A stretch of DNA of 64,000 nucleotides, taken from positions 770-64,769 of the forward strand of contig JACQZV010000002.1 of the NCBI GenBank assembly GCA_016213695.1, given 5' to 3'. The notes under the pieces were generated by a model, which saw only the letters and a list, made by a program, of their open reading frames with translations, was not told the DNA's origin and did no database searches. The stretch is from Acidobacteriota bacterium (GTDB lineage: Bacteria; Acidobacteriota; Vicinamibacteria; Vicinamibacterales; UBA2999). Positions 11,083-20,780 of the stretch are shown here, in pieces (position 1 is the first letter of the stretch; each line of letters starts with the position of its first letter). Made by a program: the position numbers and the translations under genes.

Positions 11083-13734
11083 ATGCGACCTCCCGCCCTC
11101 TTTTTCCTCTTCTTCGCCTGCGCGCTCCTCGTCGCGCCGCGGCCCGCCGCGGCCGAGCGGCTGCCGGACACCGTGGTTCCCGTGCGCTACACCCTGTGGT
11201 TCGCGCCCGATCTCGAGACGGCCACGTTTCGCGGCCGCGAGACGATCGACGTACGCCTCCGGGGACCCGCACGCACGATCACGCTGCACGCGGCGGAGAT
11301 CGCGTTCGGTGAGGTCGTCGTCACCGCCGGCGACCGGACGCAGGCGGCGCGGGTCTCACTCGACGCGACCGCGGAGACCGCCACGCTGACCCTGGCGCAG
11401 GAGGTGCCGGCCGGGCCCGCAGCCATCCAGATCGCGTACACGGGCATCCTCAACGACAAGCTGCGCGGCTTCTATCTGAGCCGGGCCAACGGCCGCCGGT
11501 ATGCCGTCTCCCAGATGGAAGCCACCGACGCGCGGCGCGCGTTTCCGTCGTTCGACGAGCCTGGCCTCAAGGCCACCTTCGACATCTCGCTGATGGTGGA
11601 TGCCGCCGACACCGCCATCTCGAATGGCGTGCTGCTCTCCGACACACCGGGGCCGGACGACGGCCGGCACACGCTGCGATTTGCGCCCACGCCGAAGATG
11701 TCGACGTATCTCGTGGCGCTCGTGGTGGGCGATTTCGTCTGCCGCACCGGCGCCGCCGGTGCGACGCCGATTCGCGTCTGCTCGACGGCGGACAAGCTCC
11801 CCCTCACCGCCTTCGCTCTCGAGGCCGCCGAGCAGCAGGTGGCGTTCTTCAACGACTACTTCGGGATCCCCTATGCCTTCGGCAAGCTCGATCTGATTGC
11901 CGTGCCGGACTTCGCGGCGGGCGCGATGGAAAACAGTGGCGCCATCACATTCCGCGAGCGGCTCCTGCTCATCGACCCCGACCGCGCCTCCCTCGACTCG
12001 CGCAAGCGGGTGGCGGGGATCATCTCGCACGAAATCGCTCACCAGTGGTTCGGCGATCTGGTGACGATGCAGTGGTGGGACGACATCTGGCTGAACGAAG
12101 GGTTCGCAACCTGGATGGCCACCAAGCCGCTCGCGCGCTGGCGTCCCGAGTGGCGCATCGATCTGGACGAGGCCGCCGACACGCAGGGCGCGCTCGGCAT
12201 CGACGCGCTGCGCACGACGCGGCCGATCCGCATGCGCGTGGACACGCCGGCCCAGATCAACGAAGTATTCGACGGCATCGCCTACCAGAAGACGGCTGGC
12301 GTCCTTCGCATGATCGAAGCGTTCGTCGGCCCCGACCGTTTCCGGAAGGGTATCGCGTCGTACCTGCGCAAGTACGCCTACTCGAACGCCACCGGCGAGG
12401 ACTTCTGGAGCGAAATGACGAGGGTCACCGGACAGCCGGTCGACCGGATCCTGAAGGGGTCCGTGCAGCAGGCCGGCGCGCCCGTGGTTTCCGTTCAGAC
12501 GGCATGCACCGGACCTCAGACGGCGACGACGCTCGAGCAGCGGCGATTTGCCGGGAGAACGAATGAGGCGCCGGCCCGCTCCGACGAGATCTGGGCGATC
12601 CCGGTCTGTTTCGCCGGCGGCCGCGGTGCGCCGCGGTGCGACCTGCTCGACACGCGGCGCGATACCGTGCGCGCGCCGGGTTCCTCGACAGCGGCCGGTT
12701 CCTCGACGGCGCCCGGGGCAAGCTGCGGGCCGGTGTTCGCGAATGCGGACAGCCGCGGCTACTACTTCACCGGGTACGCCCCTGACGCGGTACGCGCGCT
12801 CGCCCGCGGCGGTGCGGCGCTGACGCCGGCCGAGCGCATCAGCCTGCTCGGCGACGAGTGGTGGATGGTGCGGGCCGGCCGTCATGATATCGGCGTCTAC
12901 CTCGACGCGGCCGCCGCGCTCGCGACCGATGGGACCGCCGCAGTCGTCGATCCGATCGCGTCGCGGCTGGCCTTTACGGCCGAGTACATCGTGCCGCCGC
13001 CGTCCCGCGCGCGCTACCAGGAGTGGATCCGCCGGCGCTTCGGCCCGGTGCTCGCCGCGCTGGGACTGCCCGGCGCGCCCGCCGACGATGACGAGCGGCA
13101 CAGCCGGCGGGCGGATCTGCTGACGCTGGTGGGCGCTGCCGGCAACGACCCCGGCGTGCAGCGGCGCGCGCGGGAGCTGGCCGCGGCGTACATCACGGAT
13201 CCCGCCTCGCTCGCCGGCACGCTGGCGCCCGCCGTGCTGCGCCTGGCGGCGCTCGGGGGCGACGCCGCGCTCTACGAGCAGTATCTGGCGCAGATGCGGA
13301 CGCCGGGTGCCGACCCCGAGCAGTACTACCGTTTCTTCAACGCGCTGCCGTCGTTTCAGGATCCCGCGCTCGTCGCGCGCACGCTGGCGTTCTCGATTTC
13401 CCCTGACGTCCGCACGCAGGACACCGCCCAGCTGATCGCCGGCCTCCTCGGCCACGGCGGATCCCGCGAGGCGGCGTGGCGCTTCGTCCAGGCGCAGTGG
13501 CCGACGCTCGTGCGGCAGCTCGGCACGTTCCAGGGCATTCCCGGCATCGTCGGCGCGCTTGGCGGCTTCTGCTCGGAACAGGCGGCCGCGGACGTGCGCC
13601 AGTTCTTCATGCGGAATCCGGTGCCCTCGTCAGAACGCGCGCTGCGGCAGGCGATCGAGCGCATCGACGCGTGCGCGGCGCTGGCGGTCCGTCAGGCGCC
13701 CGCGCTCACGGCGTGGCTGGCGACGGCGCCCTGA
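11083..13734 (+). CDS. M1 family zinc aminopeptidase (aminopeptidase N-like), secreted
   Basis: Contains [11 protein letters not shown] and [27 protein letters not shown] (HExxH-x18-E). Signal peptide is [24 protein letters not shown]. Confidence 0.9.
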   Translation: MRPPALFFLFFACALLVAPRPAAAERLPDTVVPVRYTLWFAPDLETATFRGRETIDVRLRGPARTITLHAAEIAFGEVVVTAGDRTQAARVSLDATAETATLTLAQEVPAGPAAIQIAYTGILNDKLRGFYLSRANGRRYAVSQMEATDARRAFPSFDEPGLKATFDISLMVDAADTAISNGVLLSDTPGPDDGRHTLRFAPTPKMSTYLVALVVGDFVCRTGAAGATPIRVCSTADKLPLTAFALEAAEQQVAFFNDYFGIPYAFGKLDLIAVPDFAAGAMENSGAITFRERLLLIDPDRASLDSRKRVAGIISHEIAHQWFGDLVTMQWWDDIWLNEGFATWMATKPLARWRPEWRIDLDEAADTQGALGIDALRTTRPIRMRVDTPAQINEVFDGIAYQKTAGVLRMIEAFVGPDRFRKGIASYLRKYAYSNATGEDFWSEMTRVTGQPVDRILKGSVQQAGAPVVSVQTACTGPQTATTLEQRRFAGRTNEAPARSDEIWAIPVCFAGGRGAPRCDLLDTRRDTVRAPGSSTAAGSSTAPGASCGPVFANADSRGYYFTGYAPDAVRALARGGAALTPAERISLLGDEWWMVRAGRHDIGVYLDAAAALATDGTAAVVDPIASRLAFTAEYIVPPPSRARYQEWIRRRFGPVLAALGLPGAPADDDERHSRRADLLTLVGAAGNDPGVQRRARELAAAYITDPASLAGTLAPAVLRLAALGGDAALYEQYLAQMRTPGADPEQYYRFFNALPSFQDPALVARTLAFSISPDVRTQDTAQLIAGLLGHGGSREAAWRFVQAQWPTLVRQLGTFQGIPGIVGALGGFCSEQAAADVRQFFMRNPVPSSERALRQAIERIDACAALAVRQAPALTAWLATAP

Positions 13735-13741
13735 GGCGGAT

Positions 13742-13770
13742 TCGCCAATCGGCCCGCCTGGACATATACT
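13742..13770 (+). promoter_or_regulatory. candidate promoter TCGCCA-N17-TATACT
   Basis: The -10 TATACT at 13765-13770 lies 30 nt before GTG 13800. An AAGGAG Shine-Dalgarno sits at 13789-13794. Confidence 0.3.
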
Positions 13771-13799
13771 CCTGCCCGTCTTGATTCAAGGAGATTGAC

Positions 13800-14531
13800 G
13801 TGCGCAACGCACCCTGGCTGCTGGCGGCGGGACTCGTGTGTAGTCTGATCGTCTTTGGATGCGATTCGAAGAACGGCGGTTCGACGCCGTCGCCGACGTC
13901 GCCTTCACCGACCCCCGCGCCGGCCCCCACGCCGACGCCCACCCCGGCCCCCACGCCGACGCCTGCGCCGACGCCCGCGCCAGCCCCCGCGCCGACGCCG
14001 ACACCGACACCCGCGCCGGCCACGGCGGAACTGTCGTCGCTGGTACTGTCGGAGGGCGTGGTGCAAGGACAGCAGAGGCCAACAGGAACCCTCACGCTGA
14101 CCGCGGCGGCCCCGTCGGGCGGCGCGGCGGTGCGGCTGGAGAGCAGCAACAGTGAGATCGCGCGCGTGCCCACGACCGTGTCGGTTGCCGCCGCCGCGAC
14201 CACGGCCACCTTCACCGTGGACACCGCGACGGTGCGGACGCGCACGACCGTGACGCTTACAGCCACCTACGCCGGCGTGGCGAAGACGGCGAACCTGACC
14301 GTGACGCTGCCGCCGCCCCGCGCCTCATTCACCGTGACCTCGTCGACCTACGGCGCGAACGCGTGCGAGCTGTCGAACCCCTCGCTCATCGTCTGCCGGC
14401 TGGATGCGAGCGCGTCAGACGGCATCATCACGCGCTGGCAGTGGACCTTCGAGGTCAAGGGCAAGCATTCCGTCAACAAGAACGACCCGTTCCTGGTCGA
14501 CCTCGATACTACCGGGTGCAATTTCGTATAG
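13800..14531 (+). CDS. lipoprotein with a Pro/Thr/Ala linker, an Ig-like domain and a PKD-like domain (coding signal continues past the TAG to 14669)
   Basis: Lipobox LIVFGC. The PT-rich linker is [22 protein letters not shown]... The ORF ends at TAG 14529-14531, but the same frame stays open and domain-like for 45 more codons, to TGA 14667-14669. Confidence 0.75.
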   Translation: MRNAPWLLAAGLVCSLIVFGCDSKNGGSTPSPTSPSPTPAPAPTPTPTPAPTPTPAPTPAPAPAPTPTPTPAPATAELSSLVLSEGVVQGQQRPTGTLTLTAAAPSGGAAVRLESSNSEIARVPTTVSVAAAATTATFTVDTATVRTRTTVTLTATYAGVAKTANLTVTLPPPRASFTVTSSTYGANACELSNPSLIVCRLDASASDGIITRWQWTFEVKGKHSVNKNDPFLVDLDTTGCNFV

Positions 14532-14726
14532 GGCGCGTCGAGCTCGACCGACACCAACGGCAAGTACGTGGACATGACGATCACGCTCGAGGTGCAGGAC
14601 CGCGACAGCTCCCAGAGCAAGACGTCACGGACGGTCAAGCTCTATACACGGGGCAACTGCGGCTTCTGAGGCCCGGCGGCGTGCCTGAGCGCCAGCGCGC
14701 CACGATGCCGAGCGCAGCGAGGCGAG

Positions 14727-14812
14727 TGCCGGGGGCGGGGATCGAACCCACACGTCCTTTTCAGGACCCGGGATTTTAAGTCCCGTGCGTCTGCCAGTTC
14801 CGCCACCCCGGC
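14727..14812 (-). tRNA. tRNA-Leu (anticodon UAA)
   Basis: Minus-strand sequence is GCCGGGGTGGCGGAACTGGCAGACGCACGGGACTTAAAATCCCGGGTCCTGAAAAGGACGTGTGGGTTCGATCCCCGCCCCCGGCA. It has a 7-bp acceptor stem, anticodon loop CTTAAAA, a long variable arm and GGTTCGATCC in the T-arm. CCA is not encoded. Confidence 0.9.
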
Positions 14813-15010
14813 GCCGGACTCATCTTAAAGCGCTTTTCCTGTTGTCATAGAGGCCGGGTGAAGGGCCCGGTTTTCCGCAACGGCCGACCGGAGCGCCGGG
14901 TCGACCGACGTGGCCCACGTCCGCATGCCGCCGGCCACCCGGCATCGCCACGCGTGCTGTAGCCGGGTCTGCCGCGCGTAGCTCGGGCGCGCGGCGAGAC
15001 CCGGCCTGCG

Positions 15011-15039
15011 TCGACAACGGTGTGGCGCCAGTTTATAGT
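15011..15039 (+). promoter_or_regulatory. candidate promoter TCGACA-N17-TATAGT placed for a leaderless transcript
   Basis: TATAGT at 15034-15039 lies only 8 nt before ATG 15048. There is no Shine-Dalgarno in between. Confidence 0.35.
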
Positions 15040-15047
15040 GTCGATAC

Positions 15048-16154
15048 ATGCGCGCATCCTTCGCACTTCCCGTCGTCATCGGCGCCGCGCTCCTCGCCGC
15101 GGCACCTGTCAGCGCACAGACGGGCGCCGCTCCATCGCTCCGGATCTACGTCATCGACGTCGAGGGCGGCAACGCCACGCTCATTGTCTCGCCCACCGGC
15201 GAGTCGCTGCTCATCGACTCCGGCAACCCCAGCAACGGCCGCGATGCCGACCGCGTCGCCGCCGCGGCGAAGGATGCGGGACTGACACAGATCGATCACT
15301 TCATCCTCACGCACTATCACGCCGATCATCTCGGCGGACTGCCGGAGCTCGCACCCAAGCTCCCCATCCGGCATTTCATCGACCACGGGCCGAACATCGA
15401 CCCGATGGGGTCAGGCGCGAAACTCGAACCGATCTATCAGCAGCTGTACGCGAAGGCGACGCACACCGTGGCCACCCCGGGCGATCGGCTGCCGATCCGT
15501 GGCGTGGACATCCGCGTCGTCGCGTCGGCGGGCCAGCTGGCGAAAGCCCTGCCTGGCGCCGGCGCCGCCAATCCGTACTGCGCGGCATTCAAGCCGGCCG
15601 ACAACAACCTCGAGGATCCGATGTCGGTCGGCGTCCACGTCACGTTCGGCCGCTTCCGCGCCGTGCACCTCGGCGACCTGACGAAGAACAAGGAGTTCGA
15701 GCTCATGTGCCCGGCCAACCGCCTCGGCACGGTGGACGTGATCCTCGGCGCCCACCACGGCCAGGCGAGCTCCAACTCACCCGTCCTCGTCCACGCGCTG
15801 CGCCCGCGCGTCGTCATCATGAACAACGGCACGCGCAAGGGCGGCGAGCCCGAGGTCATGCAGACGATGTTCTCGTCGCCCGGCCTCGAGGACCTGTGGC
15901 AGATGCACTTCTCGCTGCTGAGCGGACAGGAGTACACCTCGCCCGGGATGTACATCGCCAACGGGGTGGACGAGCAGCCCGCTGCCCTCCCGATCGCGCC
16001 CGCGGCGGCGCCGCAGCCGGGCGGGCCGGCCACGCCGGCGCCCGCGCACAGCGGCCCGGCCTACTGGATCACCGTCGTCGCCCGGCAGGACGGCACCTAC
16101 ACGGTGACCAACGCGCGCAACGGGTTCAGCAAGACCTATCGCCTGGCGAAGTAG
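15048..16154 (+). CDS. secreted MBL-fold metallo-hydrolase (ComEC C-terminal-like)
   Basis: Signal peptide is ALLAAAPVSAQ. Contains ILTHYHADHLGG (HxHxDH). The stop TAG abuts the TTG start of the next gene. Confidence 0.8.
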   Translation: MRASFALPVVIGAALLAAAPVSAQTGAAPSLRIYVIDVEGGNATLIVSPTGESLLIDSGNPSNGRDADRVAAAAKDAGLTQIDHFILTHYHADHLGGLPELAPKLPIRHFIDHGPNIDPMGSGAKLEPIYQQLYAKATHTVATPGDRLPIRGVDIRVVASAGQLAKALPGAGAANPYCAAFKPADNNLEDPMSVGVHVTFGRFRAVHLGDLTKNKEFELMCPANRLGTVDVILGAHHGQASSNSPVLVHALRPRVVIMNNGTRKGGEPEVMQTMFSSPGLEDLWQMHFSLLSGQEYTSPGMYIANGVDEQPAALPIAPAAAPQPGGPATPAPAHSGPAYWITVVARQDGTYTVTNARNGFSKTYRLAK

Positions 16155-18410
16155 TTGGCACCGCGGTTCCACGTCACACTCGCGACCCTGGCACTGCTGT
16201 GCGCGCCGGCCGGTGCGTCGGCGCAGCCGCAGAACGCCCAGGGCAATCAGGGAGCGCCCGACACGGGCGCGCGGCCCCGCATGACGGCGCTCCGTCTGGC
16301 CGGCGGCGACACCGTCACGCTCGACGGCCGCCTCGACGAGCCGTTCTGGTCGCGGGCCGTGCCCGCCGGCGACTTCGTGCAGATCGATCCGGAGAACGGT
16401 CGGCCCGCCACCGAAAAGACCGAGGTGCGCTTCGCGTTCAACGCCGACACCTTCTATCTCGGCATCACCTGCTACGACGCCGAGCCGAGCCGCGTGATCG
16501 CCTACCAGCGGCGGCGCGACGAGGGTCTTGCGTCGGACGACAAGATCCAGATCATGATCGACACGTTCCTGGATGCGCGCACGGGCTATTTCTTCGAGTT
16601 GAATCCACAGGGGGCGATGTCGGACGCGCTCCAGAGCCCCACCGATACCAACCGCGCGTGGGACGGCGTGTGGAACGCGCGCGTCCGGCGGAGCGAGATC
16701 GGCTGGACGCTCGAGATCGCGTTCCCCTTCCGCACGCTCAACTTCAACCCGACGAGCGACACCTGGGGCATCAACTTCCAGCGGACCGTCCAGCGGAAGA
16801 ACGAGGTGAGCATCTGGTCGGGGTGGCGGCGCAACGAAGGCATCTGGCGCCTCACGAATGCCGGCACCGTGTCGGGCATCCGCGAGGTCAGCCAGGGCAG
16901 CGGGCTCGACCTCAAGCCGTACGGCATCTACACCTCGCAGGCGTCGCCCGGACGCGGCCAGACGGCCATGCGCAGCGACGCGAGCGCCGGCCTCGACGTC
17001 TTCTACAATCCGACGCCGCAACTGCGGACGGTGCTCACCGTCAACACCGACTTCGCGCAGACCGAGGTCGACCAGCGCCAGGTGAACCTGACGCGGTATT
17101 CGCTGTTCTTCCCCGAGCGGCGCGATTTCTTCCTCGACGGCGTCAATTTTCTCGACTTCAGCAGCGACGAAGGACGCCGTGCCGCGTGGAACGGGCTCCC
17201 CGACAGCGACGATCAGGTGATCCCGTTCTTCAGCCGCCGCGTGGGCCTGAGCGAGGACGCCACGCCCCAGCGGATCGACTTCGGCACGAAAGTCACGGGC
17301 CAGGTGGGCGCGCAGGACGTCGGCCTGCTCCACGTGCGCACGGGGGACGCGGCCGGGTTCGCCAGCGAAGACTTCACGGTGGCGCGCGTGAAGCGCCGCC
17401 TCTTCACGCAGTCGTACATCGGCGGGCTGTATACGCGACGCGACCCTGGCGCCGCGGGGAGCGAGGCGCGACACACGACCGGCCTCGACATGTCGCTGGC
17501 GACCCCTCGATTCCGGGGCTCGCAGAACATCGAGCTTCGCGCGTGGTTCCTGCATGCCACGCGCCCGGACGCGGCGAAGGGGAATTCGGCGTTCGGCGCC
17601 GTTCTCGACTACCCGAACGACCGCTGGTACGCGCGGTTCCAGACGACCGAGGTGCAGGAGCACTTCGACCCGGCGGTCGGCTTTCTCCGGCGCCAGAACT
17701 ACCGGCGCTACGCCCCGACGCTGCAGTTCGCGCCGCGGCCGCGCGGCAACCCCTACATCCGGCAGTTCCGGTTCGGCGCCAACATCGACGTGATGACCGA
17801 TCGGGAGAACGATCTGTTGAACCGCCAGATCGACGCGACGCTGTTCAACCTCACGCTGCACTCGCAGGATCAGGTGGCGGTCAACGCCACGCGCCGCCGC
17901 GAGCGGCTCGACGCGCCGTTCCGGATCAGCCGCAGCATCACGCTGCCGGCCGGCGCGGTGTACGACTCCTCACGCGTGCGGGTGTTCGCGCGGACGGCCG
18001 AACGCCGCACCCTCGCCCTCAACGGGCGGTACGAGACCGGTGAGTTCTACTCGGGCACGCGCACGCAGCGGCAGGTGAACCTCACGGTCCGCGCGCGGCC
18101 GGGATACATCGTGTATCTCAGCGGCGAGTGGAACGCGGTCGAGCTCCCCGAGGGGCACTTCAGCACGCGCCTCTACCGGCTCGTCGGCGAGACGCAGTTC
18201 TCGCCGTTCGTCACCCTCGTCAACGACGTCCAGTACGACACGCAGAGCAGCGTGCTCGGCTGGCAGGCGCGGTTCCGGTGGATCCTGACGCCGGGCAACG
18301 ACGTGTATGTCGTGTACACGCACAACTGGCTCGATGAGCCCCTGCTCGACCGCTTCGCCACGCTCGATCGGCGGGTCGCCTCAAAGGTGCTGTATACGTA
18401 CCGGTTCTAG
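16155..18410 (+). CDS. outer-membrane protein paralog 1: CBM9-like N-domain plus DUF5916-like beta-barrel
   Basis: 751 aa with signal peptide ...APAGASAQ. Contains LDGRLDEPFWSRA, DTFLDARTGYFFELNP and VNTDFAQTEVDQRQVNLTRYSLFFPERRDFF. The C-terminal YTYRF (terminal Phe) is typical of OM barrels. TTG start. Confidence 0.8.
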   Translation: MAPRFHVTLATLALLCAPAGASAQPQNAQGNQGAPDTGARPRMTALRLAGGDTVTLDGRLDEPFWSRAVPAGDFVQIDPENGRPATEKTEVRFAFNADTFYLGITCYDAEPSRVIAYQRRRDEGLASDDKIQIMIDTFLDARTGYFFELNPQGAMSDALQSPTDTNRAWDGVWNARVRRSEIGWTLEIAFPFRTLNFNPTSDTWGINFQRTVQRKNEVSIWSGWRRNEGIWRLTNAGTVSGIREVSQGSGLDLKPYGIYTSQASPGRGQTAMRSDASAGLDVFYNPTPQLRTVLTVNTDFAQTEVDQRQVNLTRYSLFFPERRDFFLDGVNFLDFSSDEGRRAAWNGLPDSDDQVIPFFSRRVGLSEDATPQRIDFGTKVTGQVGAQDVGLLHVRTGDAAGFASEDFTVARVKRRLFTQSYIGGLYTRRDPGAAGSEARHTTGLDMSLATPRFRGSQNIELRAWFLHATRPDAAKGNSAFGAVLDYPNDRWYARFQTTEVQEHFDPAVGFLRRQNYRRYAPTLQFAPRPRGNPYIRQFRFGANIDVMTDRENDLLNRQIDATLFNLTLHSQDQVAVNATRRRERLDAPFRISRSITLPAGAVYDSSRVRVFARTAERRTLALNGRYETGEFYSGTRTQRQVNLTVRARPGYIVYLSGEWNAVELPEGHFSTRLYRLVGETQFSPFVTLVNDVQYDTQSSVLGWQARFRWILTPGNDVYVVYTHNWLDEPLLDRFATLDRRVASKVLYTYRF

Positions 18411-20649
18411 CGTCCCCCGGGTCCTCGCCGTCACCGTCCTGCTCTCCGCCGTCTGCACCCGGACGGCTGCGGCCCAGGTGAACGGCCAGGGCGGCCCCGA
18501 CACCGGCGGCCGACGGACGGTCGCCGCCGTGCGCCTCGCCGACGGCGACGCGGTACGCCTCGACGGGCGCCTCGACGAGCCGTTCTGGTCGCAGGCCATC
18601 CCCGCGGGCGACTTCGTGCAGATGGATCCCGACAATGGCCGTCCCGCCACGGAGAAGACCGAGGTCCGGGTGGTCTTCACGCGGGACGCCCTGTACCTGG
18701 GCGTGACCTGTTACGACTCCGCGCCGGACCGCCTCGTCGCCACGCAGCTGCGGCGCGACGAGTACCTCCGGTCCGACGACCAGTTCCGCTGGACGATCGA
18801 CACGTTCCTGGACGGGCGCACGGGGTACTTCTTCGAAATGAACCCGCTCGGCGAGATGTCCGACGCGCTGATGGGGGCCACGGGGCAGAACCGGGCCTGG
18901 GACGGCATCTGGAACGCGCGGGCGCGCCGCAGCGAGATCGGCTGGACGCTCGAAATCGAGCTCCCCTTCCGCACGTTCAATTTCAACCCGAACAGCGACA
19001 CCTGGGGGATCAACTTCGACCGCCAGGTGTCGCGCAAGAACGAGCACAGCCTCTGGTCGGGGTGGGCGCGCAACCAGGGGCTGCAGCGCATGACCAACGC
19101 CGGGCTGCTCACCGGCATCCGCGACGTGACCCAGGGGCACGGCCTCGACCTGAAGCCGTACGGCGTGGTCCTCTCGCAGGCCTCGCCGGGCCGCGGCCAG
19201 CCCGCCACGCGCAGCGACACGAGCGCCGGCCTCGACGTCTTCTACAATCCGACCCCGCTCCTGCGCGCCGTCTTCACCGTCAACACGGATTTCGCGCAGA
19301 CGGAGGTCGACCAGCGCCAGGTGAATCTCACCCGGTATTCCCTCTTCTTCCCCGAGCGGCGCGACTTCTTTCTCGACGGCGCGACGTTCCTCGATTTCGG
19401 GAGCGACCGCGGGCAGACCGGCTTCGACTTCGGCAGCCGCAACGACGACGACCAGGTGATTCCGTTCTTCAGCCGGCGCGTGGGCCTCAGCGCCAACGCC
19501 ACGCCGCAGACGATCGATTTCGGCACGAAGGTCACCGGCCAGGCGGGCGCCCAGGACGTCGGCCTGCTTCACGTGCGGACCGGCGGGGACAACGGGTTCA
19601 CGAGCGAGGACTTCACGGTCGCGCGCGTCAAGCGGCGCGTCCTCCGACAGTCGTACATCGGAGGGCTGTACACGCGGCGCGACCCGCTCGATGCGGGCGG
19701 GCAGACCCGCCAGACGACCGGCGTCGACCTGTCGCTGGCCACGTCGCGGTTCCGCGGATCCCAGAACCTCGAGCTGAGCGCCTGGGCGCTGCACGCGACG
19801 CAGGCCGACGCGACGACCGGCAACTCCGCCTTCGGGGCGGACCTCCGGTATCCGAACGACCGGTGGCGGGCGCGCGTGCAGACGACCGAGGTGCAGCAGC
19901 ACTTCGACCCCGCGGTCGGCTTCATCCGGCGGCAGAGCTACCGGCGGTACGCCCCCTGGGTCGCGTTCGCGCCCCGGCCGCGGAACCATCGCTACATCCG
20001 CCAGTTCACCTTCAGCGGCAGCGTCGATGTCATGACCGATCTCAACAACGACCTGCTGAACCGCGACATTGAATTCCAGCTGTTCCGCGTCGAACTCCAT
20101 TCGCAGGATCGGATCGAGATCAACACGACGCAGCGCCGCGAGCGGCTCGACGCGCCGTTCGCGATCAGCCCCGGCATCCGCCTGCCGATGGGCGCCGTGT
20201 ACGACTACACGCGGCTTCGCATTTTTGGACGAACGTCCGACCGCCGCGTCCTCGCCCTCAACGGACGGTATGAAATCGGCGATTTCTACTCCGGCACCCG
20301 CACGCAGCAGCAGGTGAATCTCAGCGTCCGCCCCCGCCCCGGCCTCATCCTCTACCTCAACGGCGAGTGGAACCGCGTGGAGCTCCCGGAAGGCCGGTTC
20401 ACCACGACGCTCTATCGCCTGATCGGCGAGACGCAATTTTCCCCATTTGTCGCGCTCGTCAATGACATCCAGTACGACTCGCAGAGCGCCGTGCTCGGCT
20501 GGCAGTCGCGCTTCCGCTGGATTATCCGGCCGGGCAACGACCTCTACGTCGTCTATACGCACAACTGGGTCGAGCAGCCGCTGCTCGACCGCTTTGCCAC
20601 GCTCGATCGGCGGGTCGCCTCGAAACTTCTCTACACCTACCGCTTCTAG
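18334..20649 (+). CDS. outer-membrane protein paralog 2 (start uncertain)
   Basis: Same architecture and motifs as paralog 1. The only in-frame ATGs that precede the signal-like segment VLAVTVLLSAVCTRTAAAQ are at 18307 and 18334, inside paralog 1. The first canonical start after the upstream stop is GTG 18478, which lies beyond the signal peptide. Confidence 0.7.
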   Translation: MSPCSTASPRSIGGSPQRCCIRTGSSVPRVLAVTVLLSAVCTRTAAAQVNGQGGPDTGGRRTVAAVRLADGDAVRLDGRLDEPFWSQAIPAGDFVQMDPDNGRPATEKTEVRVVFTRDALYLGVTCYDSAPDRLVATQLRRDEYLRSDDQFRWTIDTFLDGRTGYFFEMNPLGEMSDALMGATGQNRAWDGIWNARARRSEIGWTLEIELPFRTFNFNPNSDTWGINFDRQVSRKNEHSLWSGWARNQGLQRMTNAGLLTGIRDVTQGHGLDLKPYGVVLSQASPGRGQPATRSDTSAGLDVFYNPTPLLRAVFTVNTDFAQTEVDQRQVNLTRYSLFFPERRDFFLDGATFLDFGSDRGQTGFDFGSRNDDDQVIPFFSRRVGLSANATPQTIDFGTKVTGQAGAQDVGLLHVRTGGDNGFTSEDFTVARVKRRVLRQSYIGGLYTRRDPLDAGGQTRQTTGVDLSLATSRFRGSQNLELSAWALHATQADATTGNSAFGADLRYPNDRWRARVQTTEVQQHFDPAVGFIRRQSYRRYAPWVAFAPRPRNHRYIRQFTFSGSVDVMTDLNNDLLNRDIEFQLFRVELHSQDRIEINTTQRRERLDAPFAISPGIRLPMGAVYDYTRLRIFGRTSDRRVLALNGRYEIGDFYSGTRTQQQVNLSVRPRPGLILYLNGEWNRVELPEGRFTTTLYRLIGETQFSPFVALVNDIQYDSQSAVLGWQSRFRWIIRPGNDLYVVYTHNWVEQPLLDRFATLDRRVASKLLYTYRF

Positions 20650-20780
20650 CGCCGCCGGGTTCTGGTGTACCATGGGTGCTCCCCAAGCTACTTGGCCCCC
20701 GGTCAACGCGCGGGGCCTCGGCGTCGTAGTAGCCACGTAGCGGGTGGGTCTCCGTTCCCTGCCGGCACGTCACATCACGA

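Noticed and set aside
13890-14025. Short-period DNA repeat (CCGACGCC/CCCGCGCC units) that could be mistaken for a repeat array or CRISPR
   Set aside because: It encodes the in-frame Pro/Thr/Ala linker of the lipoprotein ([15 protein letters not shown]...). There are no spacers of unique sequence and no cas genes in the window.
10706-14531. Stop-codon reassignment (TAA or TAG read as sense) as the explanation for the two in-frame stops
   Set aside because: TAA and TAG close many well-supported genes in the same window at positions consistent with full-length homologous domains (for example TAG at 4690-4692, 16152-16154 and 18408-18410; TAA at 33157-33159 and 50283-50285). Local pseudogenisation, readthrough or consensus error is more parsimonious.
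14845-14875. GCCGGG-TGAAGG-GCCCGG-TTTT stem-loop as an intrinsic terminator
   Set aside because: The stem is only 5-6 bp. It lies on the plus strand, downstream of a minus-strand tRNA and far (about 180 nt) from the preceding plus-strand stop, so it has no clear transcript to terminate.
14727-15047. tRNA-Leu as the attachment site of an integrated element carrying the MBL plus four-paralog block
   Set aside because: There is no integrase, excisionase or transposase gene. I could not spot a direct repeat of the tRNA 3' end downstream, and I noticed no obvious compositional shift in the block.
16155-16172. Sigma-54-like sequence TGGCACCGCGGTTCCA at the start of the first outer-membrane paralog
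   Set aside because: The -12 element is TTCC rather than TTGC. The site overlaps the TTG start codon, so a transcript from it would begin inside the gene.
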